DNA of 64,000 nucleotides from a virus. Lineage: Duplodnaviria > Caudoviricetes. Below the pieces are notes generated by a model. That model did not search any database. It was not told where the DNA came from and saw only the letters and a program-made list of their open reading frames with translations. Within the stretch, counting starts at the first letter, position 1. The number at the start of each line of letters is the position of its first letter. The stretch spans positions 1,122-65,121 of IMG/VR virus record IMGVR_UViG_3300018080_000179; one strand, given 5' to 3'. Positions 43,671-54,900 of this stretch are shown piece after piece. Made by a program: the position numbers and the translations under genes.

Positions 43671-46349
43671 ATGCCAACTACCACAAAGCAGGCCCGCCTT
43701 ACCCTCGGCATGGACATCAAGCCGCTTCAGGACGCCACAAAGGAGATGAAGCGGAGCCTTGAGGATCTCGGCAAGGTTCAACTGGACAAGAATATCAAGA
43801 AGGCCTTTCGGAAGGAGTTGCTTCGGGAGGCCGAGGGCCAGATAAGACTCTACAAGTCCCACCTGAAGGATACCCGTGAAGAACTGGTCAAGATAACCGC
43901 TGCCGGTGACAAGGCGTGGGATGTTACCCGCGTCCGCCAGTATGTCGAGCGTGTGCGCCAGCTTGAGGAGGGCCTCAGGGGCGTCAGGCGCGAGGCGAAC
44001 AGTCTTCGTGGCGGCCCAGGCACAGGGGCCGGAATAGGCGGTGGAGGCGGAGGCGGAGGCGGAGGCGGCAGAGGAGCCGGTTCAGGGGCCATGGATGAAT
44101 TCGTCGGTGGAGGCCTCGCACGCGGCCTCACAGGCGGCCCGGTCGGGAGGGTGTTGGGAGCCGTGGGAATCGGTTTCGGCGTTCAGGCGGCCATTTCGCG
44201 GGCCACAGAGCAAGCTAGAATGGGGATGGAGGTAAGAGCCCTCACTGGCGGTGATCTGGTCAACGATTCAAGCCGCTGGGGCTTCACGAGAATGGAGAGA
44301 AGGCAGCGGGCCATGCAGGTAGCCCGTGCCGCCGGGGGCGATATCAGGGGCGCGGAGCTTAACGAGAGGGTCAACCTTGGCGAGATGCTTCAGCGGGCGT
44401 TCGGGCTTTCGGGTGAGCAGTTTGGCGGCATGATGGGCGCGGCCCGTCGTGGCGGAATTCAGGACCAGAGGGGCTTTACAACCCAGGTTGTAGACCAGGG
44501 CTTTCAGGCGGGGCTTCGCGGGTCCGGGATGATCGAATACCTTACGGCCATGACATCCCACATGGAGTCCATTTCCAACGAGACAGACATAGACAAGAAT
44601 TCAATGAAGATGACGGCGGCCATGGCGAGAATGCCCTTCTTCGCCAGCAAGCCGGAGAGGATATTCGCGGCCATTCAGGGTTTTCAGCAGGCCTTCAAGG
44701 ATCGCGACCCCTATCAGGACTTCCTTTCATACCGTTCACTGGAGGAGGCTTCGGGTGGACGGCTGGGACCGGCCGGAATTGAACTGAGAAGACAGATTCC
44801 CCTCATGGGTGGCGGACTTCCAAAGGGCATAACCGCAGACAGAATGAGGGAGGCAGGACTTGGGGAGCTTCTCCCAGCCTTCCAGACCACGGGTCAGGCA
44901 GCGGTGGAGGCCCGGATAAGACAGGCCATGCGGGACACGAAGGGAATGGGTGGACAGGCACGCGGGCTGGCCTTTCAGCAGGCGACCGGGCTCTCTCCCA
45001 TGCAGATGCTTCCAATAATGATCCGGGCGATGGAGGCCGAACAGGAGGGCACGCTGGATCAGTTCTCCCTCACACAGGGCGAGGTGAAGCGTGTCAAGAA
45101 GGCCGGAATGACACCAACCGACAAGGCCGAGGCAAACGCCAAGTCGTTTGAGGCGCAGATAATCAATTTTGGAAAGCGGGTCGATGACATAAAGAACAAG
45201 ATCGCTGACGGCATATCCGGCGGGATGTTGAAGATGGTTGACGCTGTGGATAACTTCGCCAATGCGACCGGCATGTTCAGATCCGATGTGGAGAAGCTGG
45301 CTGGCATTATTGGTGCGGGCGGGCTTGCCTCTGTTTTGATGAGGGGTGGATTCGGTGGACGCGGTGGAACCGGTGCCGGGGCCGGTGGAGGTGTGATAGC
45401 CGGAGCCGGAGGCGCGGGAGCCCTGCTGCTGGGCGGCGTGTCTGCCGCCTTTATCGGTCACCAGATCGGCAAGGGAATGCGGGCGGAGCTTAACGAGTGG
45501 ACTGGTGGAGAATGGGACCGGGCGCTTGATAGTTTCTGGATGACGCTGCTGGACAAGATGGGTGTGTTCACGGACAAGACCCAGCGGGTTCTCAACGCCA
45601 TGCCAGCCGAGGACACAAAGAGGTACGTTGAATTTGCACGCTCCCAGAACAGGACACTTTCTGCCGACCAGCTTGCGAAGGTGTGGCAGACAGAGCGCTC
45701 CATGCAGAGGAAGCGGGAGAGAAGGGCCGGACCCGGTATGGGTTCTCTGGCTGAAGAATATGTCGAGCCAACGATGGAGGAGGTTTTCGAGGAGGCCTTC
45801 CCTGAAGAGTCCGAGGACATGGCTGAAGGCGGTCTTGTCCAGTATTACCGGCGGGGAGGCAAGAGCCGCAAGAAGTCGGCGCATCAGTCCATGGCTGCCT
45901 CTGTGTATTCGGCTTTTGGATTCCGCAAGAGAAAGCCAAAGCCCAAGCCGAAAAAGAAGAAGGAGAAGAAGAGGACGGCGAGCGGCTTTACCATGCGGGA
46001 GTCACTTCGAAGGGCCGGTCAGAGGGCTGTAAGGCGCAAGGCCATGGGTGGCCCCATTGGAACGGACACGGTTCCGGCATGGCTGACCCCCGGCGAGTTT
46101 GTGGTCAATGCAAGGGACACGGCCAGAAACATGCCAGCACTGGTCTACGCCAATGCGGGAGGGGCGATAGAGCCTGCCGGTGGAGACGGATATGAAATGC
46201 CGGACATGAATTTCAGCGGGCTTGAGATGGCTACACAGGCCAACACATCAGCCCTCAGACAGCTTACAAACATTCTCATGTCGGGTGGCGGAATGGCTGC
46301 CCCGATGATGTCGTTTCCAAGAGGAAGCAATGATATTTACGGAGGATAG
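43671..46349 (+). CDS. tape measure protein
   Basis: Helical Ala/Gly-rich 892 aa after the chaperones; GTDTVPAWLTPGEFVVN motif. Confidence 0.85.
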   Translation: MPTTTKQARLTLGMDIKPLQDATKEMKRSLEDLGKVQLDKNIKKAFRKELLREAEGQIRLYKSHLKDTREELVKITAAGDKAWDVTRVRQYVERVRQLEEGLRGVRREANSLRGGPGTGAGIGGGGGGGGGGGRGAGSGAMDEFVGGGLARGLTGGPVGRVLGAVGIGFGVQAAISRATEQARMGMEVRALTGGDLVNDSSRWGFTRMERRQRAMQVARAAGGDIRGAELNERVNLGEMLQRAFGLSGEQFGGMMGAARRGGIQDQRGFTTQVVDQGFQAGLRGSGMIEYLTAMTSHMESISNETDIDKNSMKMTAAMARMPFFASKPERIFAAIQGFQQAFKDRDPYQDFLSYRSLEEASGGRLGPAGIELRRQIPLMGGGLPKGITADRMREAGLGELLPAFQTTGQAAVEARIRQAMRDTKGMGGQARGLAFQQATGLSPMQMLPIMIRAMEAEQEGTLDQFSLTQGEVKRVKKAGMTPTDKAEANAKSFEAQIINFGKRVDDIKNKIADGISGGMLKMVDAVDNFANATGMFRSDVEKLAGIIGAGGLASVLMRGGFGGRGGTGAGAGGGVIAGAGGAGALLLGGVSAAFIGHQIGKGMRAELNEWTGGEWDRALDSFWMTLLDKMGVFTDKTQRVLNAMPAEDTKRYVEFARSQNRTLSADQLAKVWQTERSMQRKRERRAGPGMGSLAEEYVEPTMEEVFEEAFPEESEDMAEGGLVQYYRRGGKSRKKSAHQSMAASVYSAFGFRKRKPKPKPKKKKEKKRTASGFTMRESLRRAGQRAVRRKAMGGPIGTDTVPAWLTPGEFVVNARDTARNMPALVYANAGGAIEPAGGDGYEMPDMNFSGLEMATQANTSALRQLTNILMSGGGMAAPMMSFPRGSNDIYGG

Positions 46350-46351
46350 AA

Positions 46352-48127
46352 GTGTCGTTTGACTTTGGCTACGAGGGAATGGATACGGCTCCGCCTTCCA
46401 GAAGACGGCTTGGCACGACCAACTCGTTTGCCAGGGTTCTCTACTGGCACTACAACCGGCAGAACTTCAAGAACCCAACACAGACAAAGGCTCTTGGTGC
46501 GGAATCGGACAGTGTGGTTCTGAATGTGAAGTCCGGGGTTCTTGAGAAGGAAATCGTGGAACTCAGGACATCCAAAAGCATCCGTCAGGCTTCGGGGACT
46601 TTTGACATCACGCTTCTCCCGACAGTGAACTGGAAGCAGAAGCTGGCTCCGGGGGACTGGGTTGTAGTCTACCTGTTCAAGACTGCGGCCGAAGCCGGTG
46701 CGTTTGATCCAAACAACCCGTCCAACAAGAACATCATCATGCTTGGGAACATAGACCGCGTGGCCCGCAGCAAGCAGCGTGATGAGCAGACGGACAAGAT
46801 AACGGTTCGCTACAACGTGTCCGGCAGGGATTTTGGAAAGGTCTTTGATGAAACCAATGTCTGGTTCGACCCATATACCCCACAGGGGTTTCTTCTTAAG
46901 AAGTTTGATGGACTCCTTGTGACGCAGGGGCTTGGGTTCAAGGGCAATCCCTCGGAGCTTTGCAACTCGTTTCTGGACATCTTCATCGGCCCCAATGGTG
47001 CCGACCTGTCGAAGACCGGACTTGGAAGGACCAGAACCGACTCGCTGGAGCAGTGGAGAATTCCCCAGGAAATGAAGTCCCTGTTCGCGGACCCGCTCTC
47101 GGCGTCCGGTTTCAACGAGTTGAAGTATCCCAGGCCGGAAGGCCCGGATGTTCCTGAACCGGAGGTGGGGTTCATCGGGACAGGCCCCAATGAGTTTTCA
47201 TCGTCATGGCTGGATGAAATACTTGTCAGGAAAATAGAAAGCGATCTTCCAGGCTACAGATTCAGAAGCCAGCTTGTTCCTGGATCATCGGGTGGGATCT
47301 GGGGACCGATAAAGGAGAATTCAAACAAGCTGACCAATGATGTTTTTCTGGACATGACGCGAACCTCCGCCGGACATGCCCAGCCATCCATAACCCTGCG
47401 TCCAAGGCCCTGCTCCATCTTCTTCGAAGACCCGACCGGCAAGTTGAACGGCAAGACGAATACACTTCAGGACCTGGCCTATGACGAAGCGATCAAAATG
47501 GATCCTGCCAACATCAAGTTTGAGAACCTCGGCAAGGATGGACAGACCCGCTTCAACATGATCTGGCTGGACCCTGTCCAGTCCAAGAAGAAGGAAATCA
47601 ACTCCTACGCCCACATGGCAAATTCAAAACCACTGACACAGGCGGAGTCAGTAAGGCGGCATGGGCTGAAGCGGCTCCATCAGCAGCTTCACTTCGTTTA
47701 TGCACAGGGCGGTACCCAGTCCGATCTGGATGTAAACATCAACCTGTTCAAGTCGTTTGCCCATCTCGTTTATGACCTTCATGCCTACAATCACCTCTAC
47801 GACACGGGCTCGATGACCACGGTTGGCGAGGGCAAGGCGGAGCTTGGCAAGGTTTTGAAGGTACCCACGGACGGGGAGTTTTCAAGTCCGAGGATTTACT
47901 ACGTGGAAGGTTATCAGCACCACTGGACGTTTCCAGGACAGTGGGAGACCGAGTGGAGCCTTACGATGGGACAGTTTGACCATCTGGGGGCACCATTCAT
48001 TGATCTGATAGATGAAGACGATGGAACCTTTGATGATGAAACGGCGAATACGTCGCTGGTCAAGACGAATGTAACCAGGCCATCAGGACCGGGCAGGCAG
48101 TCCGAGAAGAAGTGGTGGCGCTTCTAA
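46352..48127 (+). CDS. baseplate hub-like tail protein
   Basis: TSKSI...GTFDITL, VSGRDFGK, RRHGLK, YYVEGYQH.W. Confidence 0.75.
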   Translation: MSFDFGYEGMDTAPPSRRRLGTTNSFARVLYWHYNRQNFKNPTQTKALGAESDSVVLNVKSGVLEKEIVELRTSKSIRQASGTFDITLLPTVNWKQKLAPGDWVVVYLFKTAAEAGAFDPNNPSNKNIIMLGNIDRVARSKQRDEQTDKITVRYNVSGRDFGKVFDETNVWFDPYTPQGFLLKKFDGLLVTQGLGFKGNPSELCNSFLDIFIGPNGADLSKTGLGRTRTDSLEQWRIPQEMKSLFADPLSASGFNELKYPRPEGPDVPEPEVGFIGTGPNEFSSSWLDEILVRKIESDLPGYRFRSQLVPGSSGGIWGPIKENSNKLTNDVFLDMTRTSAGHAQPSITLRPRPCSIFFEDPTGKLNGKTNTLQDLAYDEAIKMDPANIKFENLGKDGQTRFNMIWLDPVQSKKKEINSYAHMANSKPLTQAESVRRHGLKRLHQQLHFVYAQGGTQSDLDVNINLFKSFAHLVYDLHAYNHLYDTGSMTTVGEGKAELGKVLKVPTDGEFSSPRIYYVEGYQHHWTFPGQWETEWSLTMGQFDHLGAPFIDLIDEDDGTFDDETANTSLVKTNVTRPSGPGRQSEKKWWRF

Positions 48128-48136
48128 GGGTGATCG

Positions 48137-49264
48137 GTGGGGACAAGATACACAAGAGACGGTGGGGTTGTACCCTCGCACGTTCCGGGCAGGCCGCCGG
48201 AGCTTGTTGAAAACGAGCACGAGGAGAAGTACGGGCTCTACAAGGGCTATATCAAGAAGGTTGTCTACAAGGATGATTCCGAGAACATATCCGGCGAGCT
48301 TGAATATGTCGTCAACGTCAAGGGGCAGGACTATTTCGGTGTGCAGGACTGCTCGGCGGCTGGTGGAATCTTTGCAAACCACACGCGGATCAGGAAGGGT
48401 GTGGAGGCCATAAAGCCAGAGGATGTGGCCCTTGCAAAGGGCGACAGGGACAAGGTTCCCAATGACAAGAAGGACGGGGAGTTTGTTCGTGTCCTGATGC
48501 TGGAGGGTGATTCAAACTTCCCGATCATAATAGGGTCGGCCCGCCACACGCTTGCCAACGAGAATCCCGACTGGCATGAGCCCACGACTGACGAGGGAAT
48601 CCATGAGCGGTATGAGTTTCAGGGTCTTGAGTTTCTGATCGACAAGGAGTCCAACTTCTCCATCACACATGTCGGCAGAAAGAACCTTGTGGGCGGCCTT
48701 GCTCCGGTTGTTGAGAATCCAAAGGCCATAACGCCCAACAAGTCAAAAATAGAATTCAAGGGGAACGGTGACTTCTTTCTGGACCTGAACGATTCACTCC
48801 TGCGGCTTTCGATGCTGAAGGAAACGGCCAAGGTGCTCTGGGAGATGGGACAGGGTTTGAACGTCGCCTATGACGGAATTGCCGACAAGGCTCTTCTTCA
48901 GACTGCTTTTGGGGATTCGTTTTCGATAAGCGCAACGGACGGGATACAGGGATCGACCCCTGCGGCCGGTGGCACGAAGCTGTCGTTGAAAAATGGCATC
49001 GCCGAGATGGAAGGGTCCGGTGGCAAGGTAAAGCTGGGAACGAACAAGGTTGGGATAGGCTCGTCTGCGGGTGAGCTTGTGGATATCTGCATAAAGATCA
49101 TAGACGAGATTGTGAAGGTGATAAACGGTCAGACGGCAGAAACCCACAACGGGAACCTTGGTTATCCTACAGGGCCACCGATCAACGCCGGGATCTATCC
49201 GAACATTCTCACGGCCCTGGGGACACTGAAGGCAACACTTACGCTTTTAAAGGGTGGCATCTGA
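48137..49264 (+). CDS. central baseplate spike (gpV/gp5-like)
   Basis: OB-like N-terminus with PIIIG, beta-helix-like middle, THNGNLGYPTGPPIN tip. Confidence 0.8.
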   Translation: MGTRYTRDGGVVPSHVPGRPPELVENEHEEKYGLYKGYIKKVVYKDDSENISGELEYVVNVKGQDYFGVQDCSAAGGIFANHTRIRKGVEAIKPEDVALAKGDRDKVPNDKKDGEFVRVLMLEGDSNFPIIIGSARHTLANENPDWHEPTTDEGIHERYEFQGLEFLIDKESNFSITHVGRKNLVGGLAPVVENPKAITPNKSKIEFKGNGDFFLDLNDSLLRLSMLKETAKVLWEMGQGLNVAYDGIADKALLQTAFGDSFSISATDGIQGSTPAAGGTKLSLKNGIAEMEGSGGKVKLGTNKVGIGSSAGELVDICIKIIDEIVKVINGQTAETHNGNLGYPTGPPINAGIYPNILTALGTLKATLTLLKGGI

Positions 49265-49905
49265 TGACGATGGTTATCGCAGCATTTGCAGAGGCGCTCA
49301 AGAACGGGCTGGGGTTCGATGCCGAACCAACCAGTTCCGAGACGACCGGCCTTGCCGATGCCATCATAACGGAGTTTGGGATTGCCACGGTGTCCAATGC
49401 TCCGGGAACCGTCAACGGGGTTGCTCCATCTTCAGGTGGCCCGCTAATATCCGGCCTTGCCAGCGGGGGAACGATCCTTGGAATGACCGGGGCCAGTCTT
49501 GCCGGAAACATGAAGACCAAGATGAACAAGCCGTCCATAACCGCAGAGCTTCAAGGCATGGCGGACGCGATGGTCAATCATTTCCTTACCGGGACAGTGG
49601 CGTTTGCATCTGGCCTGATAGTCGGGGTTTGTTCGAACACGCTGGTCAGTCCGGGTCCACTTGTGGGATCGGGTTCCGGTGGGTTAATATCGGGATATGA
49701 TGGAACCGTGCTTGCAAACCTCATGGCGACAAGCATGGGCAAGCCGGGAACAACACCTGAGTTGATCAGCTTCTGCAACAACATGGTGACCTACATAATG
49801 TCCAACGCAAGCGTCACCTATGGACCGGCGACCATCTCGGGAACATGCTCCGCAGGGGGTGGTCCGATTGCGGCCGGTACGGGCGCGGGAGGTACGATAG
49901 CCTAA
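49264..49905 (+). CDS. Gly-rich baseplate-associated protein with internal repeats
   Basis: Three similar helix + GxC/VS...GGP...G units. Confidence 0.7.
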   Translation: MTMVIAAFAEALKNGLGFDAEPTSSETTGLADAIITEFGIATVSNAPGTVNGVAPSSGGPLISGLASGGTILGMTGASLAGNMKTKMNKPSITAELQGMADAMVNHFLTGTVAFASGLIVGVCSNTLVSPGPLVGSGSGGLISGYDGTVLANLMATSMGKPGTTPELISFCNNMVTYIMSNASVTYGPATISGTCSAGGGPIAAGTGAGGTIA

Positions 49906-51938
49906 TGGGTTTAGCTGATATCAAGAATGACGTAGTAGGCACCATAGACAATGTCGGTGCCCTTTTCGGTTTTGGTTCCCACCCATATCCAGACAAGGAC
50001 AGCAGCGTCAAGCTGCCTCTGGTGACAAACGTCAAGGTTGATGAAAACGACCAGGCGTGGAGGAAGTCGCTGGGGTATGGGTTCAAGGTCGTCCGTGTAA
50101 ACAAGAACGGGAAGATCAAGGACGCCGAGGGCTGGACCGATTTCATCCTTCAGATAAACCCGCAGGAACTGACGCAGGACGAGGTTTTTGCCATTGAGGT
50201 CACCCCCACCTTTTCTGGTGTTTTGGTTGAGCATCAGGGCATTACAATCAAGGACATAACCATATCCGGTACCACCGGCCTGTCTCCGAAGAGGCGGGGA
50301 CCGGCGGGGGCTTATCCACAGTCAGGTGCTCCAGCATTCGGCACCGCTGGCCGATCCGGCTACTATGAATTTCAGGAGCTTCGGTCCTACTTCAGGGTCT
50401 ATGTGGAGCAGAAAAGAAACGACCCACAGGCGGATCAGGGCGAGCTTCGGATGATATGGCAGAACTTCAAGGACCATGAGGATCTGTTTGTGGTCCCGCA
50501 GAAGTTCACGATGACCCGGTCGGCATCCAAGGCCCATCTTTACGACTATACAATAAACATGAAGGCCATTGGTATTGCCGAGATGGAAGAGACCGGCAGT
50601 TGGTATGACCTTACAAACATTGATAATTTCATAGAAGATATTAACGACGCCTTAATAGCGGGAACAAAGATATTGGAAGGCGGACTTTCTTTTCTTGAAA
50701 GGATCGAGCGGGATATTAGAAACACGATAATCGAGCCGGTGAGAGAGGTGGCTCAGTTCACCCAGGACTGGCGGGCATCGGGCGGTCGCTACATGGCCCT
50801 GCGGGAGAGGGCTGAAACGCTTAGTCTTGCCAATATAAAGGAGCTTTTTGAAAACACGGTGCGCGTCAGTGAAAACGTCAACGACTTCATTGGTCGGGAT
50901 ATGGACGCCTACAACGCGGCCAAGGGGAGAATCCCCACGCTGCCCGGATCCGAAGACAGGACGACTGCGGATGAGGAGCTTGAGATTGTCAACTCCCTCA
51001 AGAAGATAGGCAAGGCCTTGTGGCTCATGCAGGTGGACAACAAGATGTTTGAACCGTCCACCGATGACTTCAGCGACCAGGTGGAGGAGACCTACAACGA
51101 GGCCAAGTATGTAGAGCAGAAACGGGCCAACCAGAAGGAACTGGAATCAAAAAGGGCTGAAGAGGACTCCCTCCGCGTCACCGGAGACATCGTTGCAGCC
51201 AATGCACTCGCGGAAGAGATTGAGGAGCTTGAGCAGACAGAAACCCAGAAGCTCTCGGAGAGCTCTGCCAAGCTGGCTCTTTTGAAAACCAAGACGGCCA
51301 GAATTGTAAAGATAGATGACGGTGACAATATCCAGATACTTGCGGGTCGCCACCTTGATTCTGTGGACAGATACAAGGAACTGATAATATTAAACGGCCT
51401 GAATCCTCCCTATGTGGATACCACGCCCATTGAGGACGACCCTGTAAGGGTGGCTGGAGTACTGAGGCCGGGTGACCAGATTTACATCCCACAAAGCGGC
51501 TTGCCTTCAGACCTTCGCGGGGCGGCCAAAAACAGGGACTATCCCATAACGGAGGGTCTTTCGGAGGCTCAGAAAAACTTTGGGGTGGACATTCAGCTTA
51601 CCGACGAATTCGACCTTGCGGTTTCAAACACACAGGATCTCAAGCTCATAGCCGGTTCGGACAATGTGGGTCAGGCCATCGTGGTCAAGCTGCTGCTAGA
51701 TGTGGGTGCCCTGAAGCGTCACCCTGAGATTGGAACCGACCTTCAGATCGGAAGGAAGACCACCGTTGCACAGAGGACTGTGGGTCAAATTAGGTCTACT
51801 CTTTTCGCGGATTCGAGAATAGAATCTATCATATATGTAAGCGTCAGGCAGGAAGGCAATGCCACCATTCCTGAACTGTCGTTGAGGCTCAAGGGAATTG
51901 ATCAGCCGGTGGCTTTTCCGGTACCGCTGGTAGCATAA
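49905..51938 (+). CDS. baseplate protein (tube initiator + LysM-like + gp25-like wedge fusion)
   Basis: INPQEL...ITISGTTG; GDNIQILA...LNGLNPPY...LRPGDQIYIP; DLKLIAGSDNVGQAI...HPEIG. Confidence 0.75.
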   Translation: MGLADIKNDVVGTIDNVGALFGFGSHPYPDKDSSVKLPLVTNVKVDENDQAWRKSLGYGFKVVRVNKNGKIKDAEGWTDFILQINPQELTQDEVFAIEVTPTFSGVLVEHQGITIKDITISGTTGLSPKRRGPAGAYPQSGAPAFGTAGRSGYYEFQELRSYFRVYVEQKRNDPQADQGELRMIWQNFKDHEDLFVVPQKFTMTRSASKAHLYDYTINMKAIGIAEMEETGSWYDLTNIDNFIEDINDALIAGTKILEGGLSFLERIERDIRNTIIEPVREVAQFTQDWRASGGRYMALRERAETLSLANIKELFENTVRVSENVNDFIGRDMDAYNAAKGRIPTLPGSEDRTTADEELEIVNSLKKIGKALWLMQVDNKMFEPSTDDFSDQVEETYNEAKYVEQKRANQKELESKRAEEDSLRVTGDIVAANALAEEIEELEQTETQKLSESSAKLALLKTKTARIVKIDDGDNIQILAGRHLDSVDRYKELIILNGLNPPYVDTTPIEDDPVRVAGVLRPGDQIYIPQSGLPSDLRGAAKNRDYPITEGLSEAQKNFGVDIQLTDEFDLAVSNTQDLKLIAGSDNVGQAIVVKLLLDVGALKRHPEIGTDLQIGRKTTVAQRTVGQIRSTLFADSRIESIIYVSVRQEGNATIPELSLRLKGIDQPVAFPVPLVA

Positions 51939-51950
51939 GGGATACTGATA

Positions 51951-54900
51951 ATGGCCATATTTGCACCGAGAACCTATCCTGAAATCATTGGAGACATGCT
52001 TGCCCGACTGATATCCGCCACAGCGCTTACGGATGTGAACTGGGGCTCGGTCTGGACTTCCATGCTTGAAGCGGCGGCACAGGAGGATGACGAGCAGTAT
52101 TTCCAGATGCTTCAGATCATTCGGGGTTTTTCACTGGATACCACAACGGGTGTGGATCTTGAAAACCGTGCTGCAGAATACGGACTGGAAAGGGAGCCTG
52201 CAAGCAAGGCCACAACATCCGTGACCCTTGGCGATGAGGCGGTTACGAAGGTCAACACGGGGGTCTACAGTGGTCTCGCGGGCGCTGCTGCCGGGGACAC
52301 AACCATCAACGGCGACTCGGCCACAAACTTCCCTACAAGCGGTTCCATCATTATAGGCCGTGGAACGCCGAATGTGGAGACCATTGCCTACGGCACCATC
52401 ACGGTGTTTGCAAACTATGTCCGGTTCAACCTGTCTGCCGGTCTGTCGAAGGACCATGGCACGGATGAGACGATAGTTCTTTCACAGGCGGGGAACCGTT
52501 TGTTTTCGGCTGGGACCGTGGTTACGGTACCGGCTTCCGATCAGCTTCAGCAGGTTTCGTTCACACTTGACGAAGACGCGACAATCCTTGACGGCGAAGA
52601 GGAGCAGACGGGAGTGGCCGTTACAGCGGTCGAGGCCGGTACAAGCTCCAACGTGCCCGTGGGTGCCATATCCACGTTTGATGCAAAGCCGTTCCCAACG
52701 GCCACGGTGAGAAACCCGGCGCGGGTTACCAACGGCCTTGACGAGGAGTCGGATCAGGATCTGCGCGACAGGATAAAGGACCACATCCAGTCTCTCTCAC
52801 GCGGGACCGGACAGGCCATCATTACCGGCGTCCTTGGTCTGGTTTCCGAATCAGACAACAAGAGGGTTGTTTCGGTGTCGCTTCGACCCAATACCGTACC
52901 GGCGGAAGTGGTCAAGTTGTTTGTGGATGACGGCACCGGGTGGATTCCCACGTATTCGCGGGTCGGCGAAGAGGAGCTTGTGGCCAGCGCGACAGGCGGT
53001 GAGAAGTATTTGGATGTTTCAAACTTCCCTCTGGTCAAGGCGTTTGTGGAGACGCAGAGCGAAGAGCCCTACAATATTCTGAACAACCAAACACTGATAG
53101 TGGAGGTTGGCGGCGAGCAGGAGGTTGTTACCTTCGTCGATTCGGACTTTGAGGTTCCCGGCGCAGCGACGGCCTATGAGGTGCTGGCCAAGATAAACAC
53201 GGTGGCTGTCAATTTCGAGGCCCGTGTTTCTTCGGGTGGAACGAAAACCAGAATATTCTCCAGATTCAACACGGGAGAAGAAATACAGGTGACCGGTGGA
53301 ACGGCGAATTCATCCCTCGCCTTCCAGACGGACGTCAAGTACACGAGCAAGGTTTACCTTGAACGCAACAACGCAATATCGTTGTTGTCAAAGGATGGAA
53401 GGACCGCAGCAATAGAGTCCGGCTCCACGGCAGACTACGACTTCAGCGGGGGCAGGGTGCATCTGGCCCTTGTCGCGGACGGCAAGGTGAACAACATAAT
53501 CAAGGCATGGTTTGACCCGTCCGATTTTGTCATTCCTTCGTCGGTTGACGTTCTTGAGGTGACTGATCTGATAAATGCCAGGGTTCCGGCGATGCACTGC
53601 GAGCCGTCTTCGGGCAATACCCGGATCAACCTGTCGTCCGAGACGCTTCGGAGTGCGGAATCGAAAATCAGGATTGTGGATACATTTACAAGCGTCTTCA
53701 ACGAGGAGACCGGGGTGCTGATAGACCGGACCACCGAATTCGGCAGCACCGGTTCGAATGCGACCATGTTTGGGGCCAATCTGGACTACGTCTACCTTGG
53801 ACATGACGAGGTGCCGTTTGATTCGGTCTATGTGAAGATGGCTACACCGGCTTCAGCCGACATTCTTCCGGTTTTTGAATACTGGAATGGAGCGTCGTGG
53901 GTGGATCTGGGGGTCCGGGATGAAACGCTTGGTTTCACACAGGACGGCCATGTTCTGTTCTTCGCACCATTTGATTGGGCCAAGACACTGGTTTCCGGAA
54001 CCAATGCCTACTGGATAAGGGTACAGCGCACAGAGGCCACGGTACCCACTCCACCGATAGAGTCGGTTGTAAAGGTCTGCGGGGCCAACGAGATATTCTC
54101 ATTCAGCGAGGAAGAGGCCGAAGGTGCGGACAATGACTACCGGATAAACAGGTTCATGGGACAGATAGAGCTTACCGGAACGCTTCAGGCGGGCGACCGC
54201 GTGACCATCGGCTCGAGCAACACCCGTGCTTACATTGCAAGCAGTCCGGCGACATGGTCGGGCTTGGTTGGGACTACATTCTCCCTTTATGTGGATGGGG
54301 TGCTTCAGAGCTACATGTTCCAGGCCGGTGATTTTGTAGATCCACTGGCCGCATCGTCGGCAGAGGTTATCGCGGCCCTTGCGGGTATCAAGGGTGTGAC
54401 GATGTCGACCACATCCGACGACAGGATCAAGATTGCTGCGAACAGGATGACGGATGGAACCATTCAGGCGGTGGCCGGTGGAGCCAACACCATCCTTGCA
54501 TTCCCCACGGATCTTGTTACATCCCTTGTGAGTCATCAGCCAGCCCTTGAGTCGGATCAGGAGGACTTCACATTTGCACAGGATGACTTCATTATCGTGG
54601 TCGTTGATGACAACCTGGCCGACAACTTTGAGGTGCCGTGCTACAAGGCCTCCAGCCTTACGGCTGTAACAAGCCCTGCCATAGTTTTTGACACGACACT
54701 CAATACCGTGTTCCCTCTGGACAGTGACCTCACCGATTTCTATCTTCTGATGACCAGCGGGGCGCAGAGCGGGCAGAAGGTTGCGGTAACAGCCTACACC
54801 GCAGCGACGGGCCGTCTTGACATTGCTGCCCTTCCAGGGGCACCGGCTCCCACGGACACCTATCAGCTTATTCCGAAAACAGCCGATCATGTGGTCAGCC

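Noticed and set aside
44035-44075. GGAGGC short tandem repeat
   Set aside because: Encodes a poly-Gly linker in the tape measure protein; the 6-bp unit keeps the frame, so it is not a phase-variation switch.
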